From: Pseudomonas aeruginosa
GTDB lineage: Bacteria; Pseudomonadota; Gammaproteobacteria; Pseudomonadales; Pseudomonadaceae
Assembly: GCF_001457615.1 (NCBI RefSeq)
Contig: NZ_LN831024.1
Span: forward strand, 3,180,001 to 3,212,000
Direction of reading: 5' to 3'
DNA: 32,000 nucleotides
Part shown: positions 9,754 to 18,846 of the stretch, in pieces
Numbering within the stretch: the first letter of the stretch is position 1
How the letters are laid out: every line of letters starts with the position of its first letter
The notes under the pieces: model-generated
Seen by the model: the letters and a program-made list of their open reading frames with translations, nothing else
Told to the model about the DNA's origin: nothing
The model's database searches: none
Made by a program: the position numbers and the translations under genes

Positions 9754-10983
9754 ATGCATCCCACTCCCCGCCTGGCTGCCGCGCTGCTCGCCGGCAGCGG
9801 GCTGGGCTGGCCGCTGCTCGCCCAGGCCGACCTGGTCGAGGACAGCCACGCCAGCCTCGAACTGCGCAACTTCTACTTCAACCGCGACTTCCGCCAGAGC
9901 GGCGCGCGCGACAACGCCGACGAATGGGCGCAGGGCTTCCTCCTGCGCCTGGAGTCCGGCTTCAGCGAAGGCACCGTCGGCTTCGGCGTCGACGCCATCG
10001 GCCTGCTCGGCTTCAAGCTCGACTCCGGCGGCGGCAGCGGCGGAACCGGGCTGCTGCCGGCCGACGGCTCCGCCGGCGGCTCCCAGGATGACTACGCCAA
10101 GCTCGGCCTGACCGCCAAGGCGCGGGTCTCCAACAGCCTGCTCAAGGTCGGCGCGCTGCACTTCAAGAGCCCGCTGGTCTCGGCCAACGACACCCGCCTG
10201 CTGCCGGAACTGTTCCGCGGCGCGCTGATCGACGTGCAGGAGATCGACGGCCTGACCCTGCGCGGCGCGCACCTGGACCGCAACAAGCTGAACAGTTCCA
10301 GCGACTACCAGGTGTTCAGCGCCAACCGCATCGGCGGGCGCAGCGATGCCTTCGACTTCGCCGGCGGCGACTATCGCCTGACCCCGGCGCTGACCGCCAG
10401 CCTGCACCAGGGTCGGCTCAAGGACATCTACCGACAGACCTTCGCCGGCCTGGTACACACCCTCGACCTCGGCGGACAGCGTTCGCTCAAGAGCGACCTG
10501 CGCTTCGCCCGGGCCAGCGAGGACGGCGGCTTCCGCGAACTGGACAACCGCGCCTTCGGCGCCCTCTTCAGCCTGCGCCTGGGCGCCCACGCGGTGGCCG
10601 CCGGCTACCAGCGGATCAGTGGCGACGATCCCTATCCCTACATCGCCGGCAGCGACCCGTACCTGGTCAACTTCATCCAGATCGGCGACTTCGGCAACGT
10701 CGACGAGCGTTCCTGGCAACTGCGCTACGACTACGATTTCGGCGCGCTCGGCCTGCCCGGCCTGAGCTTCATGAGCCGCTACGTCTCCGGCGACAACGTC
10801 GCCCGCGGCGCGGCCAACGACGGCAAGGAATGGGAACGCAACACCGACCTCGGCTACGTGGTGCAGAGCGGGCCGCTGAAGAACCTCGGGGTGAAATGGC
10901 GCAACGCCACGGTGCGTTCGAATTTCGCCAACGACCTCGACGAAAACCGCCTGATCCTCAGCTACAGCCTGACGCTGTGGTGA
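9754..10983 (+). CDS. opdO: OprD-family outer-membrane porin (probably OpdO)
   Basis: Signal peptide then LVEDSHASLELRNFYFNRDFR; LYSYSLTLW C-terminal OMP signature (ILSYSLTLW). Placement between an MFS transporter and pxpABC matches opdO from general knowledge. Confidence 0.82.
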   Translation: MHPTPRLAAALLAGSGLGWPLLAQADLVEDSHASLELRNFYFNRDFRQSGARDNADEWAQGFLLRLESGFSEGTVGFGVDAIGLLGFKLDSGGGSGGTGLLPADGSAGGSQDDYAKLGLTAKARVSNSLLKVGALHFKSPLVSANDTRLLPELFRGALIDVQEIDGLTLRGAHLDRNKLNSSSDYQVFSANRIGGRSDAFDFAGGDYRLTPALTASLHQGRLKDIYRQTFAGLVHTLDLGGQRSLKSDLRFARASEDGGFRELDNRAFGALFSLRLGAHAVAAGYQRISGDDPYPYIAGSDPYLVNFIQIGDFGNVDERSWQLRYDYDFGALGLPGLSFMSRYVSGDNVARGAANDGKEWERNTDLGYVVQSGPLKNLGVKWRNATVRSNFANDLDENRLILSYSLTLW

Positions 10984-11015
10984 GGTCCGGCGAGCAATGA
11001 CCTGAAGGAACCTGC

Positions 11016-11759
11016 ATGAACAACCTGTTGTTGAACTGCGATATCGGCGAGAGCTTCGGTGCCTGGCGCATGGGCCTGGACGCCGAGGTGATGCCGCTGA
11101 TCGATTGCGCCAACATCGCCTGCGGCTTCCACGCCGGCGATCCCGGCACCATGCGCCGCACCGTGGCCCTGGCGGTGGAGCATGGCGTGCGCATCGGCGC
11201 GCACCCCGGCTACCCCGACCTGGTCGGCTTCGGCCGGCGCTCGCTGGCCTGCTCGGCGCAGGAAGTGGAAGACCTGCTGCTCTACCAGATCGGTGCCCTC
11301 GACGGACTCTGCCGCGCCCAGGGCGAACGGGTACGCTACGTCAAGCCGCACGGCGCGCTGTACCAGGACATGATGCGCGACCCGGCGATCCTCGCCGCCG
11401 TGCTGCGCGCACTGGCGGCCTACGACCGCGCCCTGCCGCTGATGCTGATGAGCACCCGCGACAACACCGCGGCGCGCGCGCTGGGCGAGGCCCACGGCAT
11501 CGAGCTGTGGTTCGAGGCGTTCGCCGACCGCGCCTACGACGGCGCCGGCTACCTAGTCTCGCGCAGCCAGCCCGGCGCGGTACACCACGACGCCGAGACG
11601 GTGCTCGCCCAGGCCCTCCTGCTGGCCCGTGGCGCGGCGCTGCGAGCCAGCGACGGCAGCGCCCTGGCGCTGGAGGCGCAGACCCTCTGCGTACACGGCG
11701 ACAACCCCGCCTCGCTGGCTGCGGTGCGGCGCATCCGCGACGCCCTGGAGGCGGCATGA
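11016..11759 (+). CDS. pxpA: 5-oxoprolinase subunit A (LamB/YcsF family)
   Basis: [53 protein letters not shown]...[11 protein letters not shown]. Confidence 0.93.
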   Translation: MNNLLLNCDIGESFGAWRMGLDAEVMPLIDCANIACGFHAGDPGTMRRTVALAVEHGVRIGAHPGYPDLVGFGRRSLACSAQEVEDLLLYQIGALDGLCRAQGERVRYVKPHGALYQDMMRDPAILAAVLRALAAYDRALPLMLMSTRDNTAARALGEAHGIELWFEAFADRAYDGAGYLVSRSQPGAVHHDAETVLAQALLLARGAALRASDGSALALEAQTLCVHGDNPASLAAVRRIRDALEAA

Positions 11760-12469
11760 GCCAACCGCAACCGCGCATCGAGGTGGCCGCCATCGACAGC
11801 TTCGTCCTGCGCCTGTTCGAGCGCATCGACGAAGCCAACATGCCCTGGCTGCTGGCGGCGGAGGAAAACCTGCGGGCGGCGTTCGGCGCCGCCCTGCTCG
11901 ACCTGGTGCCGTCCTACACCACCCTGCTCCTGCAATACGACCTGCTCCAGCTCGACCCTGGCGAGGCCCGCGCGCGGATCGCCGCGGCGCTGTCCGACTT
12001 GCACCCGAGACGCCAGGACGGCGGCCGCCTGCACATCCTGCCGACCTGGTACGACCCGCGGGTCGGCCCCGACCTGGAACCCCTGGCGCGGCGCAAGCAG
12101 CTCGGCGTCGCCGAGCTGATCCGCCGCCACAGCCAGCGCGAGTATCGGGTCTTCGCCCTCGGTTTCAGCCCCGGCTTCGCCTTCATGGGGCTGGTCGAGG
12201 AAGCCCTGGCGGCACCCCGCCTGGCGACTCCCCGGCAACGCATCGCCGCCGGCAGCGTCGGCATCGCCGAGCGCCAGACGGCGGTCTATCCGCAGGCCTC
12301 GCCAGGCGGCTGGAACCTGCTCGGGCGCTGCCCGGTGCGCCTGTTCGACCTCACCCTGGACGGCTACAGCCTGCTGCGCGCCGGCGACCGGGTGCGTTTC
12401 GAACCCATCGGACACGCCGAATTCGTCCGTCTCGGCGGCGACGACACGCCCCTGGAGGTCCAGGCATGA
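11756..12469 (+). CDS. pxpB: 5-oxoprolinase subunit B (KipI-like allophanate hydrolase domain)
   Basis: ATGA overlap with pxpA; ...[62 protein letters not shown]. Confidence 0.92.
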   Translation: MSQPQPRIEVAAIDSFVLRLFERIDEANMPWLLAAEENLRAAFGAALLDLVPSYTTLLLQYDLLQLDPGEARARIAAALSDLHPRRQDGGRLHILPTWYDPRVGPDLEPLARRKQLGVAELIRRHSQREYRVFALGFSPGFAFMGLVEEALAAPRLATPRQRIAAGSVGIAERQTAVYPQASPGGWNLLGRCPVRLFDLTLDGYSLLRAGDRVRFEPIGHAEFVRLGGDDTPLEVQA

Positions 12470-13407
12470 ACGACTCCATCCACGGCGGCCTGCGGGTGTG
12501 CCAGAGCACCCCGCTGGTCCAGTTGCAGGATCGCGGCCGCTTCGGCTGCCGCCATCTCGGCGTGACCCAGGGCGGCGCCCTCGACTGGCTGTCCATGGGC
12601 TGGGCCAACTGGCTGCTGGGCAATCCCCTGGACGCCGCGGTGATCGAGATCGCCCTCGGCGGTTTCGTCGCCGAATGCCGTGCCGACGGCTGGTTGGCCC
12701 TGGCCGGCGGCGACCTCGGCACGACCCTCGATGGCCAGCCGCTACCGGCCTGGGGCGCGTTCGCCGTGCGCGGCGGCCAGCGCCTGGCCTTCGCCCACCC
12801 ACGCCAGGGCGCCCGCGCCTACCTGGCGGCGCCCGGCGGCTTCGCCGGCGAGCGCCAGTTGGGCAGCCTGGCCACGGTGGCCCGCGAAGGCCTGGGCGGC
12901 CCCCGCGCCGACGGCAAGGCCCTGGCCGCAGGCGACAGCCTCGGCTGGCTGGCCGATGGCGCGCGACCGCGCGCGCTGCCCCTGCCCAGCGAACGGATCA
13001 TGGACTGCACCGGCGAAGCGCGCCTGGAGCTGATCCTCGGCGCGCAGATCGGCGACTTCCCGGCCATGAGCCTGTTCGATGCGTTCAACGGCGACTGGCA
13101 GGTGGATACCCGCGCCGACCGCATGGGCGTACGTCTGCTCGGCCCGCGCCTGGAATGCCGGCAGCAGTCGATGATCTCCGAAGGCATCGCCCTCGGCGCG
13201 GTGCAGGTGCCGCCGGACGGTCAGCCGATCGTCCTGCTCAACGACCGCCAGACCATCGGCGGCTACCCCCGTCTCGGCGCCCTCGCCCCGCTGGCGCTGG
13301 CGCGCCTGGCGCAATGCCTGCCAGGCCAGCCGGTACGGCTGCTGCCGACGGTGCAGGAGGCGGCGCACCGCGAGCATCGACGCCTGCTGGCGGCCTGGGA
13401 CGCATAG
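12466..13407 (+). CDS. pxpC: 5-oxoprolinase subunit C (KipA-like biotin-dependent carboxyltransferase domain)
   Basis: ATGA overlap with pxpB; [66 protein letters not shown]. Confidence 0.92.
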   Translation: MNDSIHGGLRVCQSTPLVQLQDRGRFGCRHLGVTQGGALDWLSMGWANWLLGNPLDAAVIEIALGGFVAECRADGWLALAGGDLGTTLDGQPLPAWGAFAVRGGQRLAFAHPRQGARAYLAAPGGFAGERQLGSLATVAREGLGGPRADGKALAAGDSLGWLADGARPRALPLPSERIMDCTGEARLELILGAQIGDFPAMSLFDAFNGDWQVDTRADRMGVRLLGPRLECRQQSMISEGIALGAVQVPPDGQPIVLLNDRQTIGGYPRLGALAPLALARLAQCLPGQPVRLLPTVQEAAHREHRRLLAAWDA

Positions 13408-13474
13408 GCGGTTTTTTTGAACGGCGCCGTATGGCGAGCGTCCACCGCACACTCGTCCCGTCCGGAGGTTCGCC

Positions 13475-13951
13475 ATGCCCAGTCGCCTGTCACTGATCGC
13501 CGCCCTGCTGTTGCCCCTGGCCGTCCAGGCCGAACCCGCTGATACCCGGGCCCTGCTCGCCGACAGCCTGGCCGACAGCCAGGCCCAGGTGGAGGCAGCC
13601 GAGCAAGCCATGCGCCGTTCCGAAAACAAGGCGGTGCAGCTCTATGCCAAGCGCGTACTCACCGAACAGCAGGAGTTCGACCATCAGTTGCGCGCCCTGG
13701 CCGGGGAAAAGGCCTTGGCGCTGCCCTCGCCGCGCCAGACCGAACGGCAGGCCGCCGCTCCCGGCGGCTTCGACGAGCGCGGTTTCCTCGACGCGCAGAT
13801 TCGCCAGCAGGACCGTCTGGTCGCACGCTTCGAGGGAATCGCCCGGGACTCCGCCGATCCTGACCTGCGCCGCTTCGCCGACGAATGGCTGGCGCGCTTC
13901 TACCACCACCGCGAACTGGCCGACCAGTTGCGTAGCGGCCGCGCCGACTGA
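13475..13951 (+). CDS. DUF4142-like periplasmic protein
   Basis: MPSRLSLIAALLLPLAVQAEPADTRALLADSLADSQAQVEAAEQAMRRSENKAVQLYAKRVLTEQQEFDHQLRALA: signal peptide and DUF4142-type helical pattern. Confidence 0.7.
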   Translation: MPSRLSLIAALLLPLAVQAEPADTRALLADSLADSQAQVEAAEQAMRRSENKAVQLYAKRVLTEQQEFDHQLRALAGEKALALPSPRQTERQAAAPGGFDERGFLDAQIRQQDRLVARFEGIARDSADPDLRRFADEWLARFYHHRELADQLRSGRAD

Positions 13952-13969
13952 GCGCCGCGACCGCCTTGC

Positions 13970-15742
13970 TCAGTGCCGCGCGAGGACCTGCCGGGCGCTC
14001 TGGCGAATCACCCCCCAGCGCTTGGGATCGTCCTGCAGCATGGCGCCAAGCAGGTGCTTGGCCTGCTCGAAACTGATGTGCGGCGGCAGCGGCGGCACGT
14101 TCGGGTCGGTGACCACCTCCAGCAGCACCGGGCGGTCGGCGGCGAAGGCCTCGGCCCAGGCGGCGTCGATGTCCTCCGGGCGATCCACGCGGATGCCCTT
14201 GAAGCCGAGCATGTCCGCATAACGCGCGTAGGGGAAATCGATCACTTCCTGCGCCGGGCTGAACTCCGGGTCGCCGGCCAGGGCACGCTGCTCCCAGGTC
14301 ACCTGGTTGAGATCGCCGTTGTTCAGCACCAGCACGATGAAGGTCGGCGAGTCCCAGCGCTGCCAGTACTGCTGCACGGTGACCAGTTCGGCGTTGCCGT
14401 TCATCTGCATGGCGCCGTCGCCGACCATCGCCACCACCGGCCGCTGCGGATAGGCGAGCTTGGCGGCGATGGCGTAGGGCACGCCGCTGCCCATGGTCGC
14501 CAGCTTGCCCGACAGCGAGCCGAGCATGCCCGGGCGCATGCGGATGTCGCGGGCGTACCAGTTGGTATGCGAGCCGCTGTCGCCGCAGAGAATCGCATCG
14601 TCCGGCAGTTGCTCCGACAAGGAACGGAATACCCGCTGCGGGTTGATCGGGTCGGCTGGCTCTTCGGCCTGGCGCCGGGCTTCCTCGCGACTGGCCGTCA
14701 CCGCCCGCTCGACCCGGCGGCGCCAGGCGCCGTGCTTTTTCTGCTCGAGCAGCGGCAGCAGGCGCTCCAGGGTTTCCCCTGCATCGCCGAGCAAGGCCTG
14801 GTCGATCGGATAGCGGATACCGATGTTGCGCGGATACAGGTCGATCTGCACCGCCCGCGCCTGGCCGGCCTTGGGTAGGAACTCGCTGTAGGGGAAAGTG
14901 CTGCCGACGATCAGCAGGGTGTCGCAATGCGACATCAGCATGCTGCTGGCGCGGGTGCCGAGCAGGCCGATGGAGCCGGTCACGTACGGCAGGTCGTCGG
15001 AAACCGCCGCCTTGCCCAGGAGCGCCTTGGCCACTCCGGCGGCCAGGCGCTCGGCGACCGCTTCCAGTTGCCGGTGCGCGCCCAGGGCCCCGGCACCGGC
15101 GAGGATCGCCACGCGCCGGCCGCGATTGAGGATCGCCGCGGCGGCTTCCAGGTCGGCGTCGCGCGCGTAGGGTCGCGGCTGGACGAAGCCCACCGCCGAC
15201 ATCACGTGGCCGTGCTCGTGGGGCTGGCGCTTCGGGGCCGCCATCTGTTGCACGTCGTTGGGCACGATCACCGTCGCCACCTGCCGCTCGCCGACCGCCA
15301 CGCGCAGGGCTCGGTCCAGCACATGGAGCAGTTGTGCCGGGCTGACCACGGTCTCGACATAGGCGGAAACGTCCTTGAACAAGCTCTGCAGATCGACTTC
15401 CTGCTGGTAGTCGCTGCCCAGCGCGGTAGCCGCCTGCTGGCCGACGATGGCCAGCACCGGCTGATGATCCATGCGCGCGTCGTAGAGCCCGTTCAGCAGG
15501 TGGATCGCGCCCGGCCCCGAGGTGGCCAGGCACACCCCGACCTCTCCGGTGAACTTGGCGTGGGCGCCGGCCATGAAGGCCGCCATCTCCTCGTGGCGCA
15601 CGCGGATATAGTCGAATGCCTCGGCGCGCCGGCCCATGGCGCCCATGATCCCGTTGATGCCATCGCCGGGGTAGCCGAAGACGCGCTTCACCCCCCACTG
15701 GCTCAAGCGTTCGAGCAATTGATCGGCAACCGTGCTGGACAT
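13970..15742 (-). CDS. Thiamine-pyrophosphate-requiring enzyme (pyruvate oxidase / acetolactate synthase-like)
   Basis: VKRVFGYPGDGINGIMGAM...RHEEMAAFMAGAHAKFTGEVGVCLATSGPGAIHLLNGLYDA...; TPP-binding GDGAMQMNGNAELVT...LNNGDLNQVTWEQ. Confidence 0.9.
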   Translation of the reverse strand: MSSTVADQLLERLSQWGVKRVFGYPGDGINGIMGAMGRRAEAFDYIRVRHEEMAAFMAGAHAKFTGEVGVCLATSGPGAIHLLNGLYDARMDHQPVLAIVGQQAATALGSDYQQEVDLQSLFKDVSAYVETVVSPAQLLHVLDRALRVAVGERQVATVIVPNDVQQMAAPKRQPHEHGHVMSAVGFVQPRPYARDADLEAAAAILNRGRRVAILAGAGALGAHRQLEAVAERLAAGVAKALLGKAAVSDDLPYVTGSIGLLGTRASSMLMSHCDTLLIVGSTFPYSEFLPKAGQARAVQIDLYPRNIGIRYPIDQALLGDAGETLERLLPLLEQKKHGAWRRRVERAVTASREEARRQAEEPADPINPQRVFRSLSEQLPDDAILCGDSGSHTNWYARDIRMRPGMLGSLSGKLATMGSGVPYAIAAKLAYPQRPVVAMVGDGAMQMNGNAELVTVQQYWQRWDSPTFIVLVLNNGDLNQVTWEQRALAGDPEFSPAQEVIDFPYARYADMLGFKGIRVDRPEDIDAAWAEAFAADRPVLLEVVTDPNVPPLPPHISFEQAKHLLGAMLQDDPKRWGVIRQSARQVLARH

Positions 15743-15912
15743 TCTCGCCTCCTGGTCGTGTCTGGGGTCGTACCAATGAGGACTGGCGCCGCAGGCGAGG
15801 GTTCAAGGCAATCGAGCGGCGGTGCCGACGGCGAAATCGACTGAACTGTCGGCGCGGGCGACCGGCCCAAGGGACAGGGCCCGCATGGGCGCAATCGCCA
15901 GGAGGTGCCGCC

Positions 15913-16311
15913 ATGACCCGCGCCATCAACGATCCCGGAAACGAAGACCCCGGCTCCCTGCTGGAAACCGACGCCGACGCCCTGCTCGGCGGTGCCGCCG
16001 CCCAGGCGCCGGAAGAGCGCTGCCGGCTCGCAGCCCAGGCCTGCATCCGCGCGTGCGAGCGCTACCTGGCGCTCTGCATCGAGTCCAGCAGGGAACAACG
16101 CCAGCACGCCGGCGACTGCGCCGACCTCTGCCGCCTCGCCGCCCTGCTACTGGAGCGCCGCAGCCCATGGGCGCCGGCCGCCTGCGAGCTGGCGGCGCGC
16201 TATGCCCTGGCATGCGCGGAGCGTTGCGATGGCGACGAGCCGCTGGAGCGCGAATGTGCGGGTGCCTGCCGGCGCTTCGTCGAGGCCTGTCGGCCGTTGT
16301 TGCCGGCCTGA
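15913..16311 (+). CDS. Cys-rich four-helix-bundle copper-binding-like protein
   Basis: CRLAAQACIRACERYLALCIESSREQRQHAGDCADLCRLAALLLE...CELAARYALACAERCDGDEPLERECAGACRRFVEACRPL: periodic Cys pattern. Confidence 0.7.
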   Translation: MTRAINDPGNEDPGSLLETDADALLGGAAAQAPEERCRLAAQACIRACERYLALCIESSREQRQHAGDCADLCRLAALLLERRSPWAPAACELAARYALACAERCDGDEPLERECAGACRRFVEACRPLLPA

Positions 16312-16402
16312 GGCCCTCTGGCATTGCATGGAGCTGCCGGGCGTGGCGAGGGTGACCTGTGGCGTAGAATGGGAAACCGACGGCCATGTCGACGGTAGTC
16401 GC

Positions 16403-17137
16403 TCAACCCAGTACCAGTACCACCCTACGGGTGCGCGCTGATTTCTTCTCCATCTTGGAAACGCGCACCACCCCAACTTCTTCGGTATTCGCCACATGGG
16501 TTCCACCGCAAGGCTGCAGGTCGGTGTCTTTAATACTCACCAACCGAACCTGCCCGGCGCCCATCGGAGGTTGGACACTCATGGTGCGCACCAGATCTGG
16601 CCTAGCCCGCAGTGCATCGTCGCTCATGGTGTCGATCGAAACCGGATGTGCTGCCTCGACCATTGTCGCCAAGGCGCTATCAATGGCCTCGCGGGACAGC
16701 GGTTCACTCGTCACGAAGTCCAGGCGCGCATGCTCATCAGTGATGCTGCACCCATTGACCGGATAGGGCAGGACAGCACAGAGCATGTGCGCTGCGGTAT
16801 GCAGTCGCATGTGCCGGTAACGACGCACCCAATCGATCTGCGCAAGAACCACCTCGCCAGGCTTCATTGCTCGGAGAACGGTTGCCTGGCCTTCAGCTGG
16901 GATATGCAGGATGGCATCCCTGCCAGCACCTGCTTCTGTCCCCTTGCGTGTATCGGCGATCCGGAGCCGCGTGCCATCAGCCAGCGTCAGCCAACCACTG
17001 TCTCCAGCCTGGCCACCCCCCTGGGGATAGAAAACGGTCTGGTCGAGCAGCAGGCCATCTTCAACGAGATCGGTGATTCTCGCCAAACACTCTTCCCGGT
17101 AGGAGTCCTGGAGAAAAAGGGAGGCGGTCTGCGTCAT
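16403..17137 (-). CDS. Stand-alone alanyl-tRNA editing protein (AlaX-type)
   Basis: DQTVFYPQGGGQAGDSGWL, HTAAHMLCAVLP (HxxxH) and QPCGGTHVANTEEVG (CxxxH) Zn-binding editing-domain motifs; 4-bp ATGA overlap with upstream gene. Confidence 0.9.
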   Translation of the reverse strand: MTQTASLFLQDSYREECLARITDLVEDGLLLDQTVFYPQGGGQAGDSGWLTLADGTRLRIADTRKGTEAGAGRDAILHIPAEGQATVLRAMKPGEVVLAQIDWVRRYRHMRLHTAAHMLCAVLPYPVNGCSITDEHARLDFVTSEPLSREAIDSALATMVEAAHPVSIDTMSDDALRARPDLVRTMSVQPPMGAGQVRLVSIKDTDLQPCGGTHVANTEEVGVVRVSKMEKKSARTRRVVLVLG

Positions 17138-17877
17138 GATGCCTCCATTGGTTGAATTTGGGTCTGCGTGGCTGCCGGCTGTAGTTGCTGAACTATGTGG
17201 GGGCCTCGGATGACCTGTAGTTCAGAACGCAGGGTTACGACTGAACCGACAGGGATGTCGTCCTTGATGACACAATGCGGACCGACAAACACATCGTCGC
17301 CGATAGCGATGTCACCCAGTACACGCGTGAAGGCCCCGATTTGGACGCGGCTCCCTATGGTGGGGTGACGCTTACCGGCGGGATTAGCCGATATGCCAGT
17401 TGCCCCCAATACCACACCTCCGAGGATGTAACAGTCATCACCGATTACCGCTGTCTCGCCAATGACCGTGCCATGCCCATGGTCCAGGATGAATCGACTG
17501 CCAATCTTGCATCTTGGGTGGATTTCCGCGCCCGACAGGAGCTTTCCACGAGAGGAGACCAGGAGCGCGGTAGCCTCCAACGCTCTCTCAGGATCGCCTT
17601 CAGATGTGCTTCGCAGACACAGCATGTGGGAAAGCCGGTAGTGCAGCACTGCCTTAAACGAGCTGTAGCCAAACGCAATGTCGGATGTCCGTCCCTGTGC
17701 GGCTGGATCCTTGCTGGCGAATGCCTGCAGGTCTTCCTCGCACCAACGTCTGGCTTCTTCGAACATCGAATGAGCGACTATCCGCTCCACCAGTTGGGGT
17801 GAGCAGCACTCCATCAATGCCGCGCGCATCAGATTACCTACCAGTTTGTCCATCGCATGCGACCTCATTTCGACCAT
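17134..17877 (-). CDS. Serine O-acetyltransferase-like (CysE family) enzyme
   Basis: GAEIHPRCKIGSRFILDHGHGTVIGETAVIGDDCYILGGVVLGATGISANPAGKRHPTIGSRVQIGAFTRVLGDIAIGDD: left-handed beta-helix, DH and RHP catalytic region. Confidence 0.88.
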   Translation of the reverse strand: MVEMRSHAMDKLVGNLMRAALMECCSPQLVERIVAHSMFEEARRWCEEDLQAFASKDPAAQGRTSDIAFGYSSFKAVLHYRLSHMLCLRSTSEGDPERALEATALLVSSRGKLLSGAEIHPRCKIGSRFILDHGHGTVIGETAVIGDDCYILGGVVLGATGISANPAGKRHPTIGSRVQIGAFTRVLGDIAIGDDVFVGPHCVIKDDIPVGSVVTLRSELQVIRGPHIVQQLQPAATQTQIQPMEAS

Positions 17878-17910
17878 GCAAGCGTTATCGCCGTGCTCTG
17901 CTCTACAACT

Positions 17911-18828
17911 TCATCGAAAAGCGTCCATGTATGACTCGACGCCATCGTAGATCATCGTCAGTACACGAGCGCCTGACGGCATGGCAGATGCCATGTTCAG
18001 CACCGCGACCAGGTTGGCTGCGGAGGACAACCCCATGCTCACAGAGTCGTTTTGCAGGACTTCCCGGATCATCGACAAGCAGGCAGATTTCGACACCCCG
18101 ACCATGCCAGTAACAATGCCGAGGTTGCAGACTTCCGGCACGATACCAATGGAAAGTCCCTGAATCTCATGCGGTGCGTGCCTATCGTCGAGCAAGTCGC
18201 ACTGCTCTGGCTGCACGCCATAGATGGCCATATCCGGCCAGTGGTTCCTCAGCACCTCTCCAACACCCGTGATATGTCCACCAGTTCCAATGCCAGCGAA
18301 GAAGAAGTCCGGGGGTGGCTGGCCTGCAAAGTCCCTCAGGATTTCCAGGGCTGTAGCTTCGCGATGGGCTTGCGGGTTGGCTGGATTGCGCTGCTGGTTG
18401 AGCATGACGAACTCCGGATGTTCCAGCAGTATCTGGATTGCCAGCTCGCCATGCGAGTTGTTCCCTTTTCTGCTATCCGACAGCACGACGTGAGCGCCAT
18501 ACAGCTCGAGCAATTGTCTCTTGTCAGGGCTGTAGTTGTCGGGAACCACCAGGGTCACGCGGTACCCCAGGATGTTCCCCGCCATTGCCAGTCCAATCCC
18601 CGTATTTCCCCCGCTCGGCTCGAGAATGGTCTGCCCTTTCCCGCGCACCAGGATTCCTTTGCGTTCGGCATCCAGAATCATCCAGAGCGCGATACGCGCC
18701 TTATGACTTCCTCCTGGATTGAAGGATTCCAGCTTGGTGAATACGCTCACCCCCAGGCGAGCAGACAATTTGCTCAGCCGTATCACCGGCGTCCCGCCAA
18801 TTAAATCGAGTAGCGAATCGTAGATCAT
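17911..18828 (-). CDS. Cysteine-synthase-like PLP enzyme (divergent OASS family)
   Basis: MIYDSLLDLIGGTPVIRLSKLSARLGVSVFTKLESFNPGGSHKARIALWMI; EPSGGNTGIGLAM; GIGTGGHITGVGEVLR. Confidence 0.88.
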   Translation of the reverse strand: MIYDSLLDLIGGTPVIRLSKLSARLGVSVFTKLESFNPGGSHKARIALWMILDAERKGILVRGKGQTILEPSGGNTGIGLAMAGNILGYRVTLVVPDNYSPDKRQLLELYGAHVVLSDSRKGNNSHGELAIQILLEHPEFVMLNQQRNPANPQAHREATALEILRDFAGQPPPDFFFAGIGTGGHITGVGEVLRNHWPDMAIYGVQPEQCDLLDDRHAPHEIQGLSIGIVPEVCNLGIVTGMVGVSKSACLSMIREVLQNDSVSMGLSSAANLVAVLNMASAMPSGARVLTMIYDGVESYMDAFR

Positions 18829-18846
18829 GCTTTCCCTGCCTATGGT

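Noticed and set aside
8200-10719. 839-aa minus-strand ORF antisense to the MFS and OprD genes
   Set aside because: High-GC shadow ORF. The opposite strand encodes two clearly recognisable proteins and this translation shows no domain-like sequence.
13378-13420. Possible terminator after pxpC (CGCCT...AGGCGGTTTTTTT)
   Set aside because: The T-run is real but the stem is only 5 bp with a loop of about 20 nt, too weak to call as an intrinsic terminator.
13659-16046. 795-aa minus-strand ORF
   Set aside because: Arg/Pro/Gly-rich shadow frame overlapping the TPP enzyme on the same strand in another frame.
16384-16425. Short repetitive ccagtaccagtacca at the left edge of the low-GC block as an att site or repeat array
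   Set aside because: Only two short tandem units, no matching copy found at the right edge, and it mostly overlaps the 3' end of the AlaX gene.
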